A stretch of DNA of 64,000 bases from Macrostomum lignano (taxonomy: Eukaryota). Positions within the stretch are counted from its first letter, which is position 1; every line of letters begins with the position of its first letter. The stretch spans positions 324,549 through 388,548 of the forward strand of contig NIVC01000578.1 of NCBI GenBank assembly GCA_002269645.1. Direction: 5' to 3'. Below the pieces are notes generated by a model that did no database searches, had not been told where the DNA came from, and worked only from the letters and a program-made list of their open reading frames with translations. Shown piece by piece: positions 58,086-64,000 of the stretch. A program made the translations under genes and the position numbers.

Positions 58086-59924
58086 GGTTCAATTTCTTTT
58101 TGCTTGTTAAAACTCGCTTTCACAAGCAACGATCTGGAACATAAATTCACGAAAGAACTAAAATAGCACGAATTTGAGTTTCTCCTGAAAGCAGCAACTG
58201 CGCAGCAATCAAGCGGAACAAGTATGAAAGCTGCTGCTTCTGAAAGCTTCTAGCGAGCGAAGCAGTCAGAGCGGCGCAAAGCCCAGAGGTCTTAAAAGGA
58301 GAAGCAGAAGGGAAGGAATGGATGGCTGCCAGCTCTCTCCCCACTCTCAGCCGCACAGGGTCAAAGCCCAATGTACACTAGACAATGTACGCCGCCTGAG
58401 TACACATTCACTCGGCTTTCGTGCACAAAAAAACTTGACTTGGTGAGCGACACAAAAAGCGCCAACGAACTGGCAGCACAATTTCTGACTTGAGAAAACT
58501 TTTAGCAGCCAGTTGCTTCGGAACTGATTTAAGCATGGGAATGTCGGTAGATTAACACTGCGCTAACTTATCAGATAAGTCTGCACAGAAAGCCCCAAAT
58601 GCTATGGTCATAAATAAATAATAATAGTAAAAAGGCAATAATTTATGACAATGCAAGTGACAAAACAACGCAGCCCTGTGGCCTCATTCGCATTGTCTGT
58701 TTTTGCCGCCGCCACCCACTCTAGCAAAGGCCACGCGCAAAGCGGAGAGACTCAAAATAAACTCAAAACCCCCCGCTCCCTGCCCCTGTCTTGGCTTGTA
58801 ACTTATTTTCATTTACAGCCACCCACCCTGGCCGTGTCACCCTCAGCAGGCCCGGGCACGGCAGACAGACAGACTGCTGATTAAGTAGCTCTCAGCCCCA
58901 CACACTGCTGCAGCCCCTGCACACTGGCCAGGGACCTCTGTGCACAACAGCGTGGACTGGGGAAAGGCAGAAAAACTGAAATAATATATATTCCAGTTTG
59001 ACATTTCCTAATTAGCAATCAAACCGGCGCAGATTAGAAATAAAAATAAGCAGAACTCATAAGCAGAAACTTTCTTCAATATCACGTTTTTAGGGCGAAT
59101 TCGGCAAATTATAATTTTTTAAGTGACTTTCATTCATATAGTTGCTTTACTTCGATAAGGTCATTTTGCGAGTTTTTCTACGCAATCCAAAACGCATTTG
59201 AGCTCCCCTGTCACCGGCTCTCAACTAATATTAGCTGACACATCGGCCGCATTGACAAGCCAGAGATTTATCTACGCACGAATATTAAATATTTGGGCGA
59301 GTGAGAGAGCTTCTATTTCCAATTCAAGTGTCTAAAATGTCCCTGCATTATCTCTTCTGTGATATAATAAATATTTAAGGTGCGCGCGGTTCTGTTTCCA
59401 TTCCAGGTGTCTATAGACGTCCCCGCACCGTCTGCCCCAAACGCTGCTTTTGTGACCTCCGGTCGCTGAGTTTTGCATCACCTTTCAAGCCTGTGCGAAT
59501 CGGCACCCAGCCAGCATCGGGACCGCTGCGTCAGACTTGCGGCTGGCCAAAACAAGGCAAAAGCAAACTGAGAAGGAAAGCTGTGGAATGCACAGCTTAA
59601 CGATTCGTCAGCCAGACATAAGTAAACAAAATTCTATGCAGTTTAGAGGGCTGCACATTCAATAACAGTCTGAGTTTAATAATACAGTCCGAAAATGTGC
59701 CCTCTCTCACGCTTTTGCCGAATAATTAATGCAAAACTGACGACTGAGACATAATCGATGGGCCTTCTAGTCTATAATAAAGGCATAATTGGCAAACTGC
59801 GGCCACGAAATACTCTTCCATGCAGCAGCCAACGGATGCAGCGATGTTATGTTAACGAACGAGGCGCAATGTGGGTCCAACTAAGGATACACTATCCCCC
59901 ATTCTGGCCCTTTGAAAAAGACAG

Positions 59925-60805
59925 CAAAAGAGTCAGAAACTCAGAGACAACATCCCGAAATAGGAGAATCCCAGAAAAAGCATCCCCAAACAGCAGAAAC
60001 CCAAATACAGCATCCCCAAATAGTCAGAAACAGAGACAGCATCCCCAAAAAGCAGAAACAGAGACAGCATCCCCAAAAAGCAGAAACAGAGACAGCATCC
60101 CCAAAATGCAGAAACAGAGACAGCATCCCCAAAAAGCAGAAACAGAGACAGCATCCCCAAAAAGCAGAAACAGAGACAGCATCCCCAAAAAGCAGAAACA
60201 GAGACAGCATCCCCAAAAAGCAGAAACAGAGACAGCATCCCCAAAAAGCAGAAACAGAGACAGCATCCCCAAAAAGCAGAAACAGAGACAGCATCCCCAA
60301 AAAGCAGAAACAGAGACAGCATCCACAAAAAGCAGAAACCCAAAGACAGCAATTCCGAAATAGGAGAATCCCAGAGACAGCCTCTCCAAATAGCAGACAG
60401 AAACCCAGAGACAGCATCCCCAAAGACAAGAAACCCAGAAACAGCATCCCCAAAGACAAGTAACCCAGAGACAGCATCCCCAAAGACAAGAAACCCAGAG
60501 ACAGCATCCCCAAAAAGCAGAAACCCAAAGACAACATCCCCAAAGACAAGTAACCCATAGACAGCATCCCCAAAGACAAGAAACTCAGAGACAGCATCCC
60601 CAAAGACAAGAAACCCAGAGACAGCATCCCCAAAGACAAGTAACACAGAGACAGCATCCCCAAAGACAAGAAACCCAGAAACAGCATCCCCAAAGACAAG
60701 TAATCCAGAGACAGCATCCCCAAATAGCAGAAACCCAAAGACAACATCCCCAAAGACAAGTAACCCAGAGACAGCATCTCCAAATAGCAGAAACCCAGAG
60801 ACAAT
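59925..60805. repeat. 28-bp CAGCATCCCCAAAAAGCAGAAACAGAGA array
   Basis: Direct reading. Confidence 0.92.
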
Positions 60806-61001
60806 ATCCTTAACAATAGAAAGACCACGCTATTTTTCCCCATGGGGAAAGACCACGGGGTGTATTACAAATACACACAACCCATTTCACGATAGCTCGC
60901 AAACCGAATTACCGATTTTCGTAAAAGTCCACGATATGGATCAAAATTTTCCGCCCTTTCCGACGAACTAACTTTCAAAGTCACCCGACGTCAACATCGT
61001 C

Positions 61002-63139
61002 GAGATATTCAACGATTCTTGTCGAAGACACTGGTGGCAAGGACAACCAATACTACACTGTATAAACCTTTATGGTAAATCCATATTGGCTCAATAATCT
61101 GGGTCCATCTGTCGTAGAGGCCTTTGTTCTCAGCGTCCCAGGCCCCAGGGTCCCCTTCATCACCGTCTGGAGCAACGGTGGCGACCGTCGGGACCTTCAA
61201 CAAAAGCACCCAATTGGCATCTCAGAGACGGCTGCATTCCCAAAACTGAAATGGAAGAATCCTCTTCTGCATGCAGCATTCAGTCAGTAGACATAATTGG
61301 TGAATGAAATGGACGATGGCGACCCTCTAGGCTGACCTGTAGACATACAGGCGACCTTCTGGACCTTCAACGGAGTGCCACCACGCGGCCCCAACAAGCT
61401 GGCACCCCCAACATCGTGATTTTTCTATCAAGCACCAAACCAATTATGTCTGCGTATTATACAATGATCCTGCACCGTGTTCAGCATTCAGCTCTGTCTG
61501 GACGACCTTCGGGACCTTCAACAGAGTGCCACAACGCGGCCCTGACGAGCTGACACCGCCAACATTGTGATTTTTCTATCAAGGCACCAAACCAGGCATG
61601 GCTGCGTATTATAAAATGCTTTTGCACCATGTTAAATTCGAAGCTGCCAAACATCGTCAGCGGACTGCCGCAACAGACAAGCTCTATGGCATCCGACGCC
61701 TGTGGGACACCTTTGTCAGTCAGCTGCACCATCCTGTACCTCCGCATCGACGAAACTCTGGTTGTCTACTGGGTTGTGAACTGTGACTTCACGGTCTTTC
61801 TGAAGGAGAAGCCAGGTCTTCTTCTTCTTCTTCCATTCGGGCGTGCTCGGGCCAGGGCCCATGGCACTGGGCATCAGATTGCGCCCGCCTTCCCAAGGAA
61901 GTTTAACACCGCGGTGCAGTTCTCAAAAACTGCCGCGGGATCCGGGCTTGGCCCCCAATGGTTGCAATGGTGCCAAGCTGTTCATGCTGACATCGGCTGG
62001 AAATCCAGAGATTCAGGATGACATGGACATCCGCTATGAGTTCAATGCAGAAATCTGCACTGGCAAAGAAACACTGCTATCCACTACTTTGCATCACAGG
62101 AATCAGGACTCTGATGCTCGGCTGGCCAAGGGCTCAGAGGTGTGGAGTGGTAGGCAAGTTGTTTGCCACTATGACTGATTCATTCAGAGGACACCAGTAC
62201 AGTATCACATGTGACAGATTCTTCTCGAGTCCCTGCGCTGGCCAATCACTTATACCGAGAAATGGGATTCACGTTTCTTGGAACAGTGATGCGCACTCGT
62301 GGTGGCCTGCAAGCCGATCTCAAGAATTCAACTCAAAACATGGCTCCACACACAAGCGAATTCCAGTTTTCTGAGGAGCTCACGTGTGTCCTACTGCCTG
62401 TTCAGATCCTTCTGCTCTGAATTTGCTATATTATCATTTTTAACAAATTAAATATTTTATTTTTCAGTCGCCAGTTAAATCTGTAACTCTCCCATTTAAC
62501 ATGGCACAAATGCATTGCATAATACGCAGACATGCCTGGTTTGGTGCCTTGATAGAAAAATCACAATGTTGGCAGTGTCAGCTTGTCAGGGCCGCATGGT
62601 GGCACTCTGTTGAAGGTCCCGAAGGTTGTCCAGACAGAGCTGAATGCTGAACATGGTGCAGGATCATTGTATAATACGCAGACATGACTGGTTTGGTGCT
62701 TGATAGAAAAATCACAATGTTGGCAGTGTCAGCTTGTCAGGGCCACGTGGTGGCACTCTGTTGAAGGTCTAGAAGGTTGCTTGTATGTCTACAGGTCAGC
62801 CTAGAAGGTCGCCATTGTCCATTTCATTCACCAATTACGTCTACTGACTGAATGCTACATGCAGAAGAGGATTCTTCCATTTCAGTTTTGGGAATGCAGC
62901 TGTCTCTGAGATGCCAATTGGGTGCTTTTGTTGAAAGTCCCAATGGTCGCCGCCGTTGCTTTAGACAGTGATGAAGGGGACCCTGGGGCCTGGGACACTG
63001 AGAACAAAGGCCTCACAACCAATATTCATAGTTGAGCCAATGTGGTTTCATGATGAGATTTTGTGAGCAGAACAATTTTGCCAATGTTGATGGTTTTTGC
63101 CACCAGACACCCACCCCAAGGAGAATTGTTGAATATCTC
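61002..63139. repeat. Long inverted repeat: arms 61002-61636 and 62495-63139, 858-bp spacer
   Basis: For example 61118 AGGCCTTTGTTCTCAGCGTCCCAGGCCCCAGGGTCCCC pairs with 62976-63013; each arm carries an internal ~150-bp tandem duplication. Confidence 0.9.
61590..62400 (+). mobile_element. Decayed piggyBac-family transposase remnant (frameshifted, truncated)
   Basis: Fragments in shifting frames: MLLHHVKF..DKLYGIRRLWDTF; RIDETLV..FLKEKP; GAKLFML..FNAEICTGK; ITCDRFFSS; MGFTFLGTVMRTRGGL. These follow the order of piggyBac DKLAPIR, IDE, YGIK..YTGK, DNYFTS, GTVRxNR motifs. The third catalytic Asp region is absent. Confidence 0.8.
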
Positions 63140-64000
63140 TATGATTCTCAAAGTTGCTTCATCAAATAGAGCAGAAAATTTTAGCCCATGTTCTAGATTT
63201 TTATGGAAATTGGTTGAATATTTTTAGAGATACAGACAAAAGAAAAATATGTGTATTTGAAATACATCCCCATGATCTTTCTACTGTTAAGGACAAAAAA
63301 CCCAAGGATAGAATAACATCAAATGGGGTGGTCACCAAAGCTTTTATATAATAGTATATGGGCATTTCCGCCAAATAGGGACACAAATTGTGTCCGAGTG
63401 TGCAAAGAAGAAGAAAAATGTTGAAAACAGGAAATCTAACTAGAATTTGTTATTAAATTTCTTTTTTTATCTTGTAGAAGCACAAGAAATTCTCTGGTAA
63501 CAATAAAAAGTTGCCAATAAGAGTTATACTGATCTAAGAAGACGATTAATACCGTAGGAGAATAAAATTTTATATTGAGGCGTAATTGCTTGCTTATAAT
63601 TAATTTTCTTTCAGTCAATAATTTTTTAATTGTTTCTTAATGCTTTTAATCAACTTTTTAATTCAGATTTTGTTATTTTGGGCATAAGTTCATACGATAT
63701 TTTTTAACTTTGTCAAAATGTTTTTTTTCTGCGCGATATACCGAACGTAAATCTCTAATTTTACTTTTCAGTAACTAGCCGATCACCATAATTATTCAGA
63801 AGTTCCAGTGCAACTTTGCAAGCAGCAAGAAATGCATATGCTTCCACAATCTAGAGAAAGTTTTTCTGAAGCAATATTACAAGTAAATGTGGGGAAAATT
63901 GATTTAGTACTATGTAAATTAATATCTACATACTATAGTGCAAAATGTAAATTACATTTTTATTGATAAATAAACAAGAAATTAATGTGAAACTGTTTTA

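Overview
Eukaryotic (animal) genomic DNA with very GC-rich exons and introns packed with minisatellites. The style resembles the flatworm Macrostomum, but that cannot be confirmed from sequence alone. Most of the window (16572-58085, minus strand) is one beta-heavy-spectrin gene (karst/sma-1/SPTBN5-like). I reconstructed 33 coding exons, all with GT-AG junctions and consistent phases, giving about 4141 aa (CH1-CH2, spectrin repeats, SH3, PH, basic tail), with one apparent 1-nt frameshift near 47430. About 28 of its 32 introns carry their own tandem-repeat family. At 5-15.4 kb a tandem segmental duplication holds two intronless secreted PAN/Apple + C-type lectin genes that share the same -1 frameshift, plus a third truncated copy preceded by a degenerate hammerhead-like motif. 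Mobile DNA includes nested hAT MITEs, a tRNA-derived CORE-type SINE, perfect arrays bounded by inverted repeats, and a decayed piggyBac transposase folded into a ~630-bp inverted repeat (61.0-63.1 kb). Exon boundaries were read by hand; repeat boundaries are approximate.
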